NCBI GenBank assembly: GCA_003427395.1
Contig: BFEA01000016.1
Location: 1,520,324 to 1,584,283 of the forward strand
Direction of reading: 5' to 3'
Source: Chara braunii
Taxonomy: Eukaryota > Plantae > Charophyceae
Length of the DNA stretch: 63,960 nt
Below, piece after piece: positions 1 through 12,412 of the stretch; position 1 is the stretch's first letter, and each line of letters opens with the position of its first letter. Both the position numbers and the translations under genes were made by a program. A model generated the notes under the pieces. That model did no database searches and was not told the DNA's origin. It saw only the letters and a program-made list of their open reading frames with translations.

Positions 1-36
<36 letters not shown>

Positions 37-54
37 AATACCAAAAAAGAAAGA

Positions 55-169
55 AAACGAACAAAAAAAATCATGCCACGTGAGACAGCCAAGTGCGGCG
101 AATTCCTTCCCCAACGAACAAAAAAAATCATGCCACGTGAGACAGCCAAGTGCGGCGAATTCCTTCCCC
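55..169. repeat. Tandem duplication, 2 x about 57 bp
   Basis: aacgaacaaaaaaaaatcatgccacgtgagacagccaagtgcggcgaattccttcccca occurs twice head-to-tail, between the (CA)n at 1-31 and the (TC)n/(AC)n at 245-333. Confidence 0.9.
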
Positions 170-241
170 ACCCCCTACTTCCCCCAACCCTCCTCCCACC
201 GCCAGCCTCCCCCACGCCCTCCCCCCCTTCCCCTCCCCACA

Positions 242-244
<3 letters not shown>

Positions 245-333
<89 letters not shown>
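245..333. repeat. Compound microsatellite (TC)n(AC)n
   Basis: Read directly. Similar tracts at 1553-1611, 7722-7870, 9017-9096, 9735-9811, 11171-11271, 35498-35552 and 37690-37754. Confidence 0.97.
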
Positions 334-338
<5 letters not shown>

Positions 339-1093
339 ACCAAAACACAATAAGGAAACAATTAAGCAGGCACGCGATCTCGAGCCTTCGCCATCCCCAC
401 TCGCTTTCCTCCTAACCCTCTCGCCTTCCCCCTCCTAGCCCCCCTCTCTCACACAAAAAAGAAGAAAAACAAAAAAAAAAACGAAAAAGATGATCAAGCC
501 AACCACACAAAAAAAAAACGAAAAAAAAAGAAAACCCATCGCCCTTTCCCCTCCTCCTCACCCTCTCGCCTTCCTCCTCGCACACACAAGAAAAAAAAAA
601 ACAGAAAAAAAAAACAAAAAAGACGTCATACACGAACAAAAGAAAAATGAAGAAAAAAGAACACTCATCTTCATTTTCCCTCCTCCTAACCCTCTCGCCT
701 TCCCCCTCCCAGCCCCCCTCTCTCTCACACACACAAAAGAAGAAAAACAAAAAAATAAACGAAAAAGACGATTGAGCCAGAAAAGCGAAAAAAAAACAAC
801 AACGAAAAAGACAATGGCCACGTGGCTGTACCACGTACCGTGCCTTTTACCCCCCTCTCCCCCCAAGTCCTCCTAACCCTCCCCACCTGGCGCAGCTTGT
901 GCAGCTTGTGTCTGTTTACCCACTCCCTTCCCTCAAATGTGGCACCTGTCTTCCATTCACCTGATCCCTCCTCCCCGCAATGGCTGCACTTGTCCTGCAT
1001 TGCCCCGATCTTAAATCCCCAATGACTGCCACACCCATCTTCCTTTTCCCTCGTCCTTACTCCCCCACCTCCTCCTCTCCCTCCCATTGCATT

Positions 1094-1307
1094 NNNNNNN
1101 NNNNNNNNNNNNNNNNNNNNNNNNNNNNNNNNNNNNNNNNNNNNNNNNNNNNNNNNNNNNNNNNNNNNNNNNNNNNNNNNNNNNNNNNNNNNNNNNNNNN
1201 NNNNNNNNNNNNNNNNNNNNNNNNNNNNNNNNNNNNNNNNNNNNNNNNNNNNNNNNNNNNNNNNNNNNNNNNNNNNNNNNNNNNNNNNNNNNNNNNNNNN
1301 NNNNNNN
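1094..1307. other. Assembly gap (N run)
   Basis: Run of N. Confidence 1.
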
Positions 1308-1550
1308 AAAAAAAAAAAAAAAACAATGAAAATGGATAAACGATCCACTGGCAGCCACGTGGCTGCGATATGGGACGCTCCTCTCCCCCCTAACCCTCCC
1401 CACGTGAAGCAGCTTGTGTTTCCTTGCCCACTCCATTCCGTCAATCGGTGATTGATGTCATTATTATCTTCCCTTGTCCTCGTAAATCATGCTCATGCTC
1501 CTCTTCCTCTTCCTCTTCCTCTTCATCTGTCAGCCTTGTCATGGCCAGGT

Positions 1551-1613
<63 letters not shown>

Positions 1614-1648
1614 CCTTCGTGCACGCCAAAAAGGAAGCACGACTGTCC

Positions 1649-1686
1649 AGACTGTTTCACAGGAGTTTGAACCCCGATAGTCTGCA
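1649..1686 (-). repeat. Internally deleted copy of the hammerhead-bearing repeat at 60383-60439
   Basis: Minus strand GCAGACTATCGGGGTTCAAACTCCTG-TGAAACAGTCTGG matches both ends of the 60383-60439 motif but lacks most of the core and stem II. About 35 bp of downstream similarity is also visible. Confidence 0.7.
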
Positions 1687-2389
1687 GAAGCTGCATCTGC
1701 ATGCGTGTGTGTGACGGCATGTTCGCTTGACACAACTCCATAAGAAAAGGCTCGACTATGCCAGACTGAACCAAGCATCGATTCCACAATGCGCGTAGCA
1801 CCGTTGCACTTAGCATGAAGCACCGATCCCGCGAACCAACCACCGATGCACGTAACACCGAAACCAAACCAAGCACGGAGTAGCACAAATGCACCCAGTA
1901 GCACCCAGTAGCACCAAGTAGCACGAAAGTGGCACCGATTTACGAACCAAACACGACCAAGCACGAAGTACCAAAAACGAAGTACCAAGCACTAAGAGAA
2001 AGAAAGGGAGAGGGAGAGAGATCCAGAGACTAAGAGAGAGAGAGCGTTCCGGTAGGCAGGCCATAGGCAGGTCGCATGGGTCGTGTAGGCTGTAGGTAGG
2101 TCGCCTAGGTCACCTAGGTGGGCGTAAGCAAGTCGGTAGGTCGTTTAGGCAAGCCCGTAGGGCACGAAGTTCCCAGAACGACGTACCAAGCACTGTGAGA
2201 GGGAGAGAGAGGGAGAGAGAGAGAGAGAGAGAGAGCTACGGTGGGCCGACCGTATGTGAGGAGGGCAGAGGTAGAGGTGAGGTGGGCAGAGGGGGAGGTG
2301 AGGTGGGCGGAGGTGAGCGTAGGTGGAGGCGGGAGCGGAGGAGTGGAGGCGGAGGAGAACTGGCGGGGGAATGCCGAGGGAGACAGACT

Positions 2390-2690
2390 GTCTGGATTGC
2401 AGCGCGATCTAAAGTCTTAAAGTCTTTTCCAGTGGCCGCGCCAATCCGAACCGCCTGTGGTCCTACCGGCCCGACAGTCCAGATTTCCGCGCGATCTTAA
2501 GACTTTAAAAGCGGCGATCCAGGCCGTCCGGCAAAGCAGACGGTCTGGATCGCCACGCGATCTTGAAGTCTTAAAGTCTTAAGATCGTGAATAGCGATTT
2601 TTGTAAGTGTTTTGCTGGACAGCCTGGATCGCCGCGCGATCTTGAAGTCTTAAAGTCTAAAGATCGCAAATAGCGATTTCTATAAGTGTA
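2390..2690. repeat. Degenerate tandem and inverted repeats upstream of the Gypsy remnant
   Basis: ctggatcgcc.cgcgatcttgaagtcttaaagtct.aagatcg repeated at about 2392, 2545 and 2623, with a related partial copy near 2490. Confidence 0.75.
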
Positions 2691-2695
2691 GGGAT

Positions 2696-3234
2696 TTGGG
2701 AAAAGTTAAAGAGAATATTAGTAAAGCACAGCATCAAATGATAGAACAAGCTAATAAGCACCACAGACCATCGCAATTTGCCATAGGAGATTTGGTCTGG
2801 GTAAAGTCAAAAGAGTTTCTCCCTGAGGAGAACATTTCCCAGAAGTTGTTGCCTGCCTATAGAGGACCGTGGCAAATTCTTGATGTGATTGGTGATGTGG
2901 ATGATCCTTCATATGTTGTAGAAATTCCTCCACACTTGCACACGTATCGGGTGTTTCCCGCTTCAAAGTTACTTCCTTGCGTTAGTAATGACATGTTTCT
3001 GTCACGCAGAGCTATGATTCCCCCTGATATGGATGGTAAGTATGATGTGGAAAAGATTGTTGGGGAAGATGTTTACAGATCTGGGTGCAGGGGTAGACCA
3101 CAGCGACAATATAAGGTCAGATTTGCCTATCAGAAGATCGCCGGTTTACAAGAGATGAACTAATGGAAACAGCACCGCATATTGTGTCCTATTATGAGAG
3201 AGCTAAGAGAGGAGTTAACATAATAGACAGATAA
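2696..3234 (+). pseudogene. Ty3/Gypsy (chromovirus-like) pol C-terminal remnant: integrase GPY/F-SH3 region plus chromodomain
   Basis: AQHQMIEQANKHHRPSQFAIGDLVWV...KLLPAYRGPWQI...SYVVEIPPHLHTYRVFPASKL, then YDVEKIVG...QYKVRFAY. After a frameshift it continues EDRRFTRDELMETAPHIVSYYE. No RT or RNase H upstream. Confidence 0.9.
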
Positions 3235-3279
3235 AATTGGTAATTTTCTCGGAGGACCTCGAAATTAGGCTGGCGAGAG

Positions 3280-4178
3280 TGAAAGGCCTTCCACGATTCA
3301 GACCCCAAATTCGAGTTTCAGGGTCAGAGGCCCTGCCCAAGAAAGGCCGAGTCAGTCAGTTTCAGAAAAGTCACAGTCGGGTACCTTAGTAGGCTAGTAG
3401 TCAAGTCCAACAGGCACCCGGCAAACAGTCATATCTCAGGAGTAAAATCACGTCTCATAATAAAAAGTCATATTGAAAAGTCACATCCCACGGGCAAAGG
3501 ACACCTCCACAGGCAAGAGTCGTGTCCCAGAGGCAAGAGTCACAGTCCACAGTTAAAACCATGTGTCATAATCGAAAAGTCGTGACTCAAAGGCCCAACA
3601 TTCAAAAGCAGACAGGCCATGGGGATGTGGTACCGGAACCAAGTCAAGCCCCAAGAAGCAGAGGCTGGCACGAGCTGAAGCTCGGTCCAAAACAATATAA
3701 GGACTGGCAGCCTCCTCATTTGGCAGATTGCTCATTCGCATGAAGTGTGGAAGTGCTGGTGCACTTGTGCGCTATTGTGAGGGGCGGAGCGCTGAGCCAG
3801 AGAGCTGCCCTAGTAGAGAGAGAGAGAGGGAGCAGTGATAGCTGCCCAGCGCTGGCAGAGGGAAGGCAGCCATAGCTGCGCCAGTGCTAGTAGTTAGTAG
3901 TAGACTTCGGAGGGGTTAGTAGAGTTAGCAGTGGGTGTATTCAGAGTTGGTCCTTTAGTAGAAGGTGTGTGAGTGCATGCAAGTAGGGAGAGAAGACACA
4001 GAGAGGTAGTAGAAAGAGAGAGGACCAAGAGAGAAGAGAGAAGAGCTTCGGAAGAGTTACATACCTGAGTGGACATAATGGATACTTGGGTTTGTGCTGT
4101 TGAGCACTTGTGACTGGAACTCTTAATTGCTTATATGATAATTTGTTGGGATTCTAAAGCTGCGCTACCTGGTCTTCA
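3280..4178 (+). mobile_element. 3' LTR of the Gypsy remnant (about 900 bp), preceded by a PPT
   Basis: Purine-rich AGGCTGGCGAGAG at 3267-3279 directly precedes TGAAAGGCC. The end GGTCTTCA at 4171-4178 gives TGAA...TTCA termini. No second LTR to confirm the right boundary. Confidence 0.65.
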
Positions 4179-4288
4179 TCTCTCTGGCCTGCAGTGTGAA
4201 TTTCGTGTGATCTCATTCATGCATGTTGTGTGATTGTGTGCGCTCATCGGTGGTGAACTGAGAGGTTCGTTGCATATTTTGCAAATTA

Positions 4289-5056
4289 TCCCTATAAAAA
4301 AAAAAAGATTGCACGGGGACCTCGCCCCACTACCCTCCAGACGAGTTCTCACGAGCATCACGTGTCCTGTGGGCACTTCCACACTGCAGCCTCACAACCC
4401 GGCCACCCACGAGCATTGGTGAGGTGTCAGGGCGCTGGTGTTCGCACACTCGTGAGGGTATTTTCTTCCCCCAGGCCTGCACTCTTGCGAATTTGGAAGG
4501 TGCTTTGGTGAGCCCGTTGGGATTCGCCGAAATTCACGTGTGGGACCTCGCCGCACTACCCTCAGGCGAGTTCGCACAAGCATTTTGTGTCTTGTGGGCA
4601 CCACCACACTGCAGCCTTGCTACCCTGGCACCCACCAGCATTCGTGAGGTGTCAGGGCGCTGGTGTTCTCACGGTCGTGAACGTTTTTACTTCGCCCACG
4701 CCTGCACACTCGCGAATTTGGAAGGTGCTTTGGTGCGCCCGCTCGGATTGGCCCGAATTCACGAGTGTGGTCATGTCCGTCCTTTTCTTTTGCTTGTGTT
4801 CGTCTGTTTTGTGTTTGTGGCATTTTCGTTTTCCCAGTTGCCTGCCCGGTGCGGTGGAGGAGGCAAAAACGAAGTTTTCGACTTAATGAGCCCTCACGCG
4901 TGGTGCAGGCATGGAGGAGGCAAAAACGAAGTTTTCGGAGAAGGCAACAACGAAGTTTTCGACTTTGTGAGCCCTCGCGCGTGGTGCAGGCATGGAGGCA
5001 AAAACGAAGTTTGGCGAAGTTTCCAATCTCGTGAGCCCTCGCGACTTTTTCACTAG
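4289..5056 (+). mobile_element. Putative non-autonomous Helitron
   Basis: 5' A|TCCCTATAAAA. 3' hairpin TCGTGAG-CC-CTCGCGA followed 8 nt later by CTAG|T. No TSD. Internal 2 x about 226-bp repeat (4316-4768) and ggaggcaaaaacgaagttt repeats (4855-5015). Confidence 0.5.
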
Positions 5057-5569
5057 TTAGCGGTCCGCGACCGAGTCATGAATGGGCTACCCGTGGTAGG
5101 TCTCGCCGGGAACCCACTCGCGCTTGTAATCAGTCCTGCCAGCAGCACATGCGTCCAGCATAACTTCTCTAATTACCGACTTCCACCGCACATACCGCAC
5201 CCTGCATGCTGTGCAGGCATGATGAGGGGCTGTTGTGTTGGGGGAAGGTCGGTAGCTCAAAAAGTCGGCACACCTTGCTCTGCCTCAGGGATTAACCTCG
5301 GTGATCGTCATGGCACGTGATCGTCATGGCACGTGGTCCACAGGGGGTGATCGGCGTGATGATCACCTGGTGATCGTAACCACATCTGCGAGCATGTGAT
5401 ATTTCTACATCAAAGCAAGCAAGCCAGCCCTTTTACATGAGCAAAAGCAGGTGCGCGAATTTTACAACGATAAGGACGATTGGTTCGCGTTGCGAACTAG
5501 ATATACGATTAATGATCATTAATCGTTTCAGACGTTGATCACTTATTTCGAGCGCTACTCATTTCGGAC

Positions 5570-5614
<45 letters not shown>

Positions 5615-7719
5615 CCGATAGGCCACGGATCAGATATTACACTGATGAGTACAGATAGTACACTTGATTTTAGCCGAAAGGCCGAGAAAGGTATTGGAAG
5701 GTCTTTTTTCCGCTGCTCAGCTATACTTTGCTTTTGTTCGGCACTTCTTTAATGCTGTTGCTCATCCACTTTTTGTTTCGGCACGTTTTTTTCCCCCGTT
5801 GCTTAGCGGTTTTTCATTTGCTCATTTTTTCGACGCTCAGAAGCTTCTCATGCCGACCATCCCATCGAATCATCGATTATTTACCACCATCATTAATCCA
5901 GTGACGAATTACCATTCACTCAAGGATTGATGTGCGCACTGATAGAACCTACAAATCTGCCGGAACGAGACTCGAGGCAAATTGGCCTGATTGATTGCAG
6001 TTAGCCCGCGACTGCAAGTCCCCTAAACAGAGTGCACCTGGAAGTGCAGAGGTCCAGGTGCGCATGATCCGTTCCGAGGCGCGTACATGTCAAGGCACAT
6101 TCTGACCGGCAAACACGTACAAAACCGTCACCGAAAACTCCGCGATCGGCGAGATTTCCCTAGAAATTACATTTCCGCAATTATAGCCAAACGAACAGTC
6201 GATTAGTTTTTACAGCCTATTGTAGTGCGAAAAGCCAAACAGAGTACAGACAACCAGTAATTACCCAACCGGCGGAGAGCACGTAAATGACCGGTCGGCG
6301 TCCGGTCAAATACGAAACCCCCCTACTGGACGTCGGCCGTTCCAGGGTTTACCCCTGTAAGCCAAGCTGGATGGCGCTCACAGAACTTTTTCCCGTAGGG
6401 ATGTTTGTTTTTCTTGTCTTTCTTCATCAAAATACAGATCATTTCATACATAAGGATGATTGTGAGGGCCCGGTCTCCGTTTATGTTATCATGAAAACTG
6501 AAGTTCTTTGTTTGGAAAACAAAAACAAAAAAAAAACAGAATAAATAAAATAACAAATGGCCGGCCAACAACCGTAGTGAAGTAAACACCCGAGCGAACA
6601 TCCAAGGTAAAACTGCGCGGTGAACAACCCGGTATTGAGCATTTACCCTTCTGAGAGTTCACAGTAACTTTGACGTTCCTGACCGCAATTTCGGCGTTTT
6701 CTGAACCGAAATCATCGTGACCTGCTGGCGGGAAACCGGTGATCCCTGGCGATTTCGGTTAAAAAACGGCGAAATTGCGGCCAGGAACGTCAAAGGTAGA
6801 AAGCTGAAGGAGAAATAGCAGGGGGCGCAGCAATATATGACACACGCATAAATCGAGAAATGTGGTCCCAAAAATTTTGTTACTTTGTGTTCAAAGCAAT
6901 TAAAGAAAACAAAAAAAAAGTAAAAAGAGAAAAAAAAAAAAAAAGCTACTCGTCCGACTTCCTCGCTGATGCGGGTCACGTGGCATGAACCTACAATCTG
7001 CGCAGTTACGCATCAGGCGTGAGTAAACGGTGGGCGGAGGCTACCAGCTGGTGCGGATTTTCAGGTCGCTGCAGACGATGCCAATTGTCAAAGAGGAGAG
7101 ATGGGGTAAACGAACGGGCGTCGGCACGGTGACGGAGACAAACGTAACGGGCGTTGAGATCTGCGCCTTATCGCTCTCTGGCCGACGTCGTCATCTGAAG
7201 ATTGACAGCTCGCAGGGCGAACGAAGATGCACAGAATTCAAACAGAGGTACGGCCTAACAGCCTGGCCTTTCACACTTCCCTCCTCTTGCTCTCCCCCTA
7301 AGCTTCTCTCCTCCTGTCTTCACTTTGCTTGGCAGCCGACAAAAGCACAAAGCGGCCCGCTGACAATGCATGTCGCTTACCACACGAAACACAACACAAC
7401 ACAACAAAACTACCAAAACGAAACACAACACAACAAGACAAAACTGGGAGAATCTATCGCCCAGGAAAAGAACGTGTTTCCCGCAAAATGCTCGTCAACA
7501 CAGCTGAACAATGGGTTGAAGGGGTTCTATTTGTCTTCGCCTCCTTGCCGGCTATGGGATCGTGCAGCAAACCCGAAGGAGAGGGGCGCGATGAGAGGGG
7601 AAGGAAAAGACCGCGCGGAAAAAACAAAAACAGTATGGCACACAGAATTAAAGACCCCATGGAAGGTCTGCAACTCACCGGCATCCTATTCCCTTAACCT
7701 GTTGCAAATTCTTTCAAAC

Positions 7720-7802
<83 letters not shown>

Positions 7803-7803
7803 N

Positions 7804-7853
<50 letters not shown>

Positions 7854-8026
7854 AACACACACACAAACAGATACACAGACAAAAGGTCGGCGAACATCCG
7901 AGTACACTGCGTGGCACAACCATGTGTACAGTTACAGGAGTTGTTTCTAGCGACTAGAGCAGCAGAGAATGAGAGTAGAAGAGGGAGTAAGAGAAAGAAG
8001 GAAGACATCGGAGGGACGAGTGGGAG

Positions 8027-8764
8027 CTACTTACTGCTCGGGATAACGATCGGCTTGTTCGATTCAATATTGACCTCTTGGGCGGCATCGTTGGCAGTTC
8101 GCATGGCTTCCTTGCTGCTGTTATATTTGCCGGCGAGGAGGACGTCATTGTCGCCTTGCCGCGGCACATAGGTCAGGAATGAGGTGTATGCGAACGGCGG
8201 AATGCTGGTTCGATTACACGCGCATGGTATCGGGATAGTCAGCGTCGCTCCCGCCAAGATGAAATCCACGTTTTTCACCGAACTTGCCTCTGCAATGGTG
8301 GCGATTGTCGTCATGTACTGGTATTTCTGCTGCGCTATGAAGCTTAGTGTGTCCCCTTTATTGATCGTATACGTGGGCTTTGCCCGGAAAATGCCCTGCG
8401 ATTGGTCACAAGCGCACCGTAGAGGTATGTATACTTCTTCACCTTCTTTTGTCGTCGCCGTCTCGGTCAATCCGTTCACCAGCAAGACGCCCGTCACGCT
8501 CTCTCGGTATCGCTCCGCCACTTCCAGAAGCGATTCATCCCTCTTCATTCTGTACACCGCAAAGGAGATGCATCCCTGATCCGCGGCGGGAGAACATGCG
8601 GTCCCCACCACACTAGGCACCAGCGCCTGCAGCGCAAGCACCCATAACACTGCCACCAAGACCGTCCACGACGGTAACCAGGGCCAATCGCCCGCTGCTG
8701 CTGTTGCTCCTGCAGCTTCGGACGAAAACCATCTACGGTCGCGATGGTCATGTTGACGTCTCAT
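8027..8764 (-). CDS. Three-LysM ectodomain with signal peptide (CERK1/LYK-type LysM receptor-like kinase exon 1, or a secreted LysM protein)
   Basis: Hydrophobic signal WTVLVAVLWVLALQALVPSVVG, then C..C, LysM1 (YRMKRDESLLEVAERY...EGEEVYIP), CAC, LysM2 (YTINKGDTLSFIA...ILAGATLTIP), CAC, LysM3 (FLTYVPRQGDN...KPIVIP). The six-Cys pattern matches LYK ectodomains. The ORF is open to 8995 but ATG 8764 is the likelier start. A GTAAGT donor lies at 8034-8029. Confidence 0.9.
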   Translation of the reverse strand: MRRQHDHRDRRWFSSEAAGATAAAGDWPWLPSWTVLVAVLWVLALQALVPSVVGTACSPAADQGCISFAVYRMKRDESLLEVAERYRESVTGVLLVNGLTETATTKEGEEVYIPLRCACDQSQGIFRAKPTYTINKGDTLSFIAQQKYQYMTTIATIAEASSVKNVDFILAGATLTIPIPCACNRTSIPPFAYTSFLTYVPRQGDNDVLLAGKYNSSKEAMRTANDAAQEVNIESNKPIVIPSSK

Positions 8765-9013
8765 TTTTTCAGAAAGAAAGCTGCAGTGATCGATCTGTAC
8801 CGAAGATGAGGCGCACGCTAGAGCACACACAGGAGCAGGAGCAGGAGGAGGAGGAGAAGGAGAAGTAGACTGCAAAGGGGAAGCAACACCACCACCCGGT
8901 CTTCTCTCTACCCCGGTATCGCACCTCCATGGTAGCCTTTTCATAGTTAATAGCTCTTCCCGCTTCGCTCCCCTTCCAATCCTATCCACATTCATGCGTT
9001 GAAATACACCCCG

Positions 9014-9016
<3 letters not shown>

Positions 9017-9096
<80 letters not shown>
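9017..9096 (-). promoter_or_regulatory. (GA)n tract upstream of the LysM gene, possible GAGA element
   Basis: About 250 bp upstream of ATG 8764, with CACGTG boxes at 9281 and 9341. Such tracts are ubiquitous in this window, so function is uncertain. Confidence 0.25.
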
Positions 9097-9104
<8 letters not shown>

Positions 9105-9731
9105 CTCTGCTACCACATACGACGGGGAGTGGGTCGGGAACCGATCGTCTGAACCACCCGCTTCCTCCCTTCCAACCGCAGGTCTCTTTTTCCGGGCGCT
9201 ACTCTCGATCCACCTTCTCCTTCTCCTCTCTCTACCGCCGTTTACTGCTCTTCACTCAACGGTCGGCTACCTACCGGTAGCACGTGCCCCAAAGCTTCTC
9301 GTACACGTTATCCTTCTGTGAGGTCGCAAGGCCCACGTCCCACGTGGCACTCAGCGTCGTGCAGACGTGTCGCTCTCTCGCCACAGAGCCCTCCAGATTG
9401 GGTGATCCAGATGGCACACAAACAGCTGTCACACGAACGGGCCACACGCCGACAACACACTACCTCACGGCTTCCAGACGAGCAATATCCAGCTGGCGCA
9501 CCACCGGAGTAGCCCACGTTTTTTTTCTTTTTTTCAGACGGAGTAGTAGCCCACTTCTTGCCTATTCACCCACCACACTTTCACGAAGTCAATCAGCCGA
9601 TCTACGGCAGCGACCAACTCGCCCGAAAAATGTCACCTCACTCACCTCCTCGTCCGCTGCCGAACAATGTCTGTCATCGATCTTCAGCTGCCGGATTGTT
9701 CACACGTGCTTTCCAGTCCTTGGAATTGCCG

Positions 9732-9812
<81 letters not shown>

Positions 9813-11070
9813 GCACATAGGCATACATAGAGCCTTTTCGCAGGCACAGGCATGTCAGAAGTGACTGCAGAGGCACACCCACCCGCCCTCTGCGCGTCCC
9901 TCACGCGCACTAGATCCAAACGCGCGAGCGTGCTATGTCGCTCGTGCGCGTTCTATCGGAGAATGTTCGTCGGGCAGCCAAGATCCAGACCACCTGCTGA
10001 ATCGGTCGGGATCCGACAAAGCTGTTCTGATGGAAACTACCGCACGCAGAGACTCGCCAAATTGCGCGCCACCAGGCGCTGGGACCCTCCCCGGCCGTGA
10101 GAGAAACAACTACAAGTCCTTCCAACCCCAACATATCGGCGCCGTTCCACCCGTCAGTCAGTACTCACCTCGCGACTTTTCTCGACAAAAGGCCGCCGTC
10201 GCGAGTACTCACCACACGGGTGAATGCTGCAAGACAAACCGAGAGGGAGGTCCCTCATTTCAAAACATTCACTTGCACGACGCCGGGGGCCTCACAATTC
10301 AACCCGGAGTTATCCCGGCAGCATCAGCCGGTTTCGCTTCTGAGTCTCAAGTACCCAATAGTGTCCAAGGTGACAAAGTGCATACCGAACTCCCCTCCTA
10401 CTTCAGTCTACTGCTCCTACCTATTCCTGAAGTACTCCTAACTTCCACTTCTCAGACCTACGGGGCCGGTCCGAACTCGGCCCAAGAACGACCGAGAGGA
10501 ACCCCTGTTCCCTGTTCCTTTTACGTAACAATAGCAAGCTTCACCTTTCCTTCCTACCAAACGGACAACCTCCTAGCTAGGTCTCTGTCACTCCTCTCCT
10601 ATTTCTATAACTATTGCCTTTCTAACTCCGATCTATCCCTTCAACTCATTTTAACCTACGTAATCGGTCTTGTGTCTCCCACAAGTCTATCTATACATTA
10701 CTTCTCTGGATCTCCGCACCCCCACCAACCGAGAGTCCTACCCACTCAGTCCTTCAGGGGCGGGCTTCTGTAACCAACGAACCTAAGATGGTTCTATTGC
10801 AGACCGCTTCTGTCTTGTAACCTATGAAACACCCGTGGCCGCAGTCACAGCGGGCACGGCCGCGGCCCGGCCACAGCTGCGAGGCCGCGGTCATGACTGC
10901 GGGCCGCAGCTGCCGAGGGGAGAGGGGGTTGGGGGTTGGGGGTCGGGGTTGCGGATTGGGGTTCCGGAACCCCGACCCTACCCCCTTGAACAAACAAAAG
11001 TTAAAAAAAATAATTTTTGGGGGGGTTGTGTTTGGTGTGTGAAAAAAAAAATAGATAAAAAAATAAATAT

Positions 11071-11151
11071 TGATTGCTTGATTGATTGATTGATTGATTG
11101 ATTGATTAATTGATTGGTTGATTGGTTGGTTGATTGATTGATTGATTGATT
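11071..11151. repeat. (GATT)n tetranucleotide microsatellite
   Basis: Read directly. Related (AATC)n/(CCAA)n tracts at 32632-32753 and 33662-33716. Confidence 0.95.
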
Positions 11152-11169
11152 GGAGGGGGGGGTCCTCCC

Positions 11170-11232
<63 letters not shown>

Positions 11233-11243
11233 ACACACACACA

Positions 11244-11274
<31 letters not shown>

Positions 11275-12380
11275 ATCAATCAATCAGTGTGTGTGTCTAG
11301 CAAAAAGGGAAAAAAAAAAAAGGGAAAAAAAAAGAAAATGACTTTGGTTTTTCTTTTCATTATTATCTTCTTTTTTTTCCCCTTTCATATTTGTGCAAGG
11401 AACATGAATGTGGACGAAAGCAGCCATCGCATGCATGACCTACTCACATTGGGTTGGCATGGTGACCGTGACCCAGTGCTTCGACCAGGGCCCTTCAGAG
11501 GCACCGCCCTTTCTCCTTCCAGATGCTTCCGGGAAGATTGTCGTCTCTCAAGGTAGCGTGCACACGACACCTCACCAAAAGAGAGGACTCTCAAGTTGGA
11601 CTCACTTCCTCGCGGTAAGAAGAGATTGAGAGAGTAGATAAGGTAAGGGAACAACGTACCTGGAGATAGCTGCCCCCAACCACAGATTTCTCACCAATTG
11701 AGTTGAGTGTGCATTTGATGATCGGTCATAGCTTCGGTACCACCCACAACGCAATGCAGTGCCACCTCAGCTTAATGCCACATCAGCATGCTCTCATCAC
11801 CGATCATACATTCCGCTGTAACCACGGCAACCCATGCCGTATAGCCTTCCAGCGCACACCTCTCTACCCAGGTCGTGCGCCTAATGTTGGCCTGACGTCA
11901 CAAGAACCAACTGCGAAGAAGCATCATCAACGCACCAAGTTTGTATAACGTCAGCGCACCAAGGTAAGTGGCGAATCAAACCAGCTCCGATACCAAAATG
12001 CAAGGAACATGAATGTGGACGAAGCACAAAAATCCTGATTGCAAAATCACACTGAAGTCCTAGTAGTCAAAGCAAGAGCAGATAGCACAATGGAACCGAG
12101 TAACCATCCATTTGAGATCGATACAAAAGAATCGTGAGTCAATGTCCAAGCCCAATCGGGCAACACCAACAGCATAGCCCAATGTAGCTCTCTCTCTTAA
12201 ATGGCGTCAGGCGTCCTACCTACTCTACAGCCTATCACTACAACTAAAGCATGAAAGCAACCAGACAACTTGACGACCAGCGAGTGATGATGTCAACACC
12301 AACGCCGACTTTGGGGCCCTGGGATTTCTGCATTTGCAGAGCTCCGATACTCGGTGCACACCAACCAACTGGCGTGCTAC

Positions 12381-12412
<32 letters not shown>

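Noticed and set aside
5642-5697. CTGATGA-GTAC-agata-GTAC and nearby GCCGAAAGGCC as a hammerhead
   Set aside because: GAAA does not follow stem II and no stem I or III can be formed.
7030-7950. 306-aa plus-strand ORF, and minus ORF 7805-8008 as a TM exon of the LysM gene
   Set aside because: No domain signal. The hydrophobic stretch comes from (TG)n microsatellite translation.
10028-10756. Solo LTR (TGA...TCA) or 247-aa ORF
   Set aside because: LTR-like composition and a short match to the giant LTR start, but no TSD and no recognisable protein.
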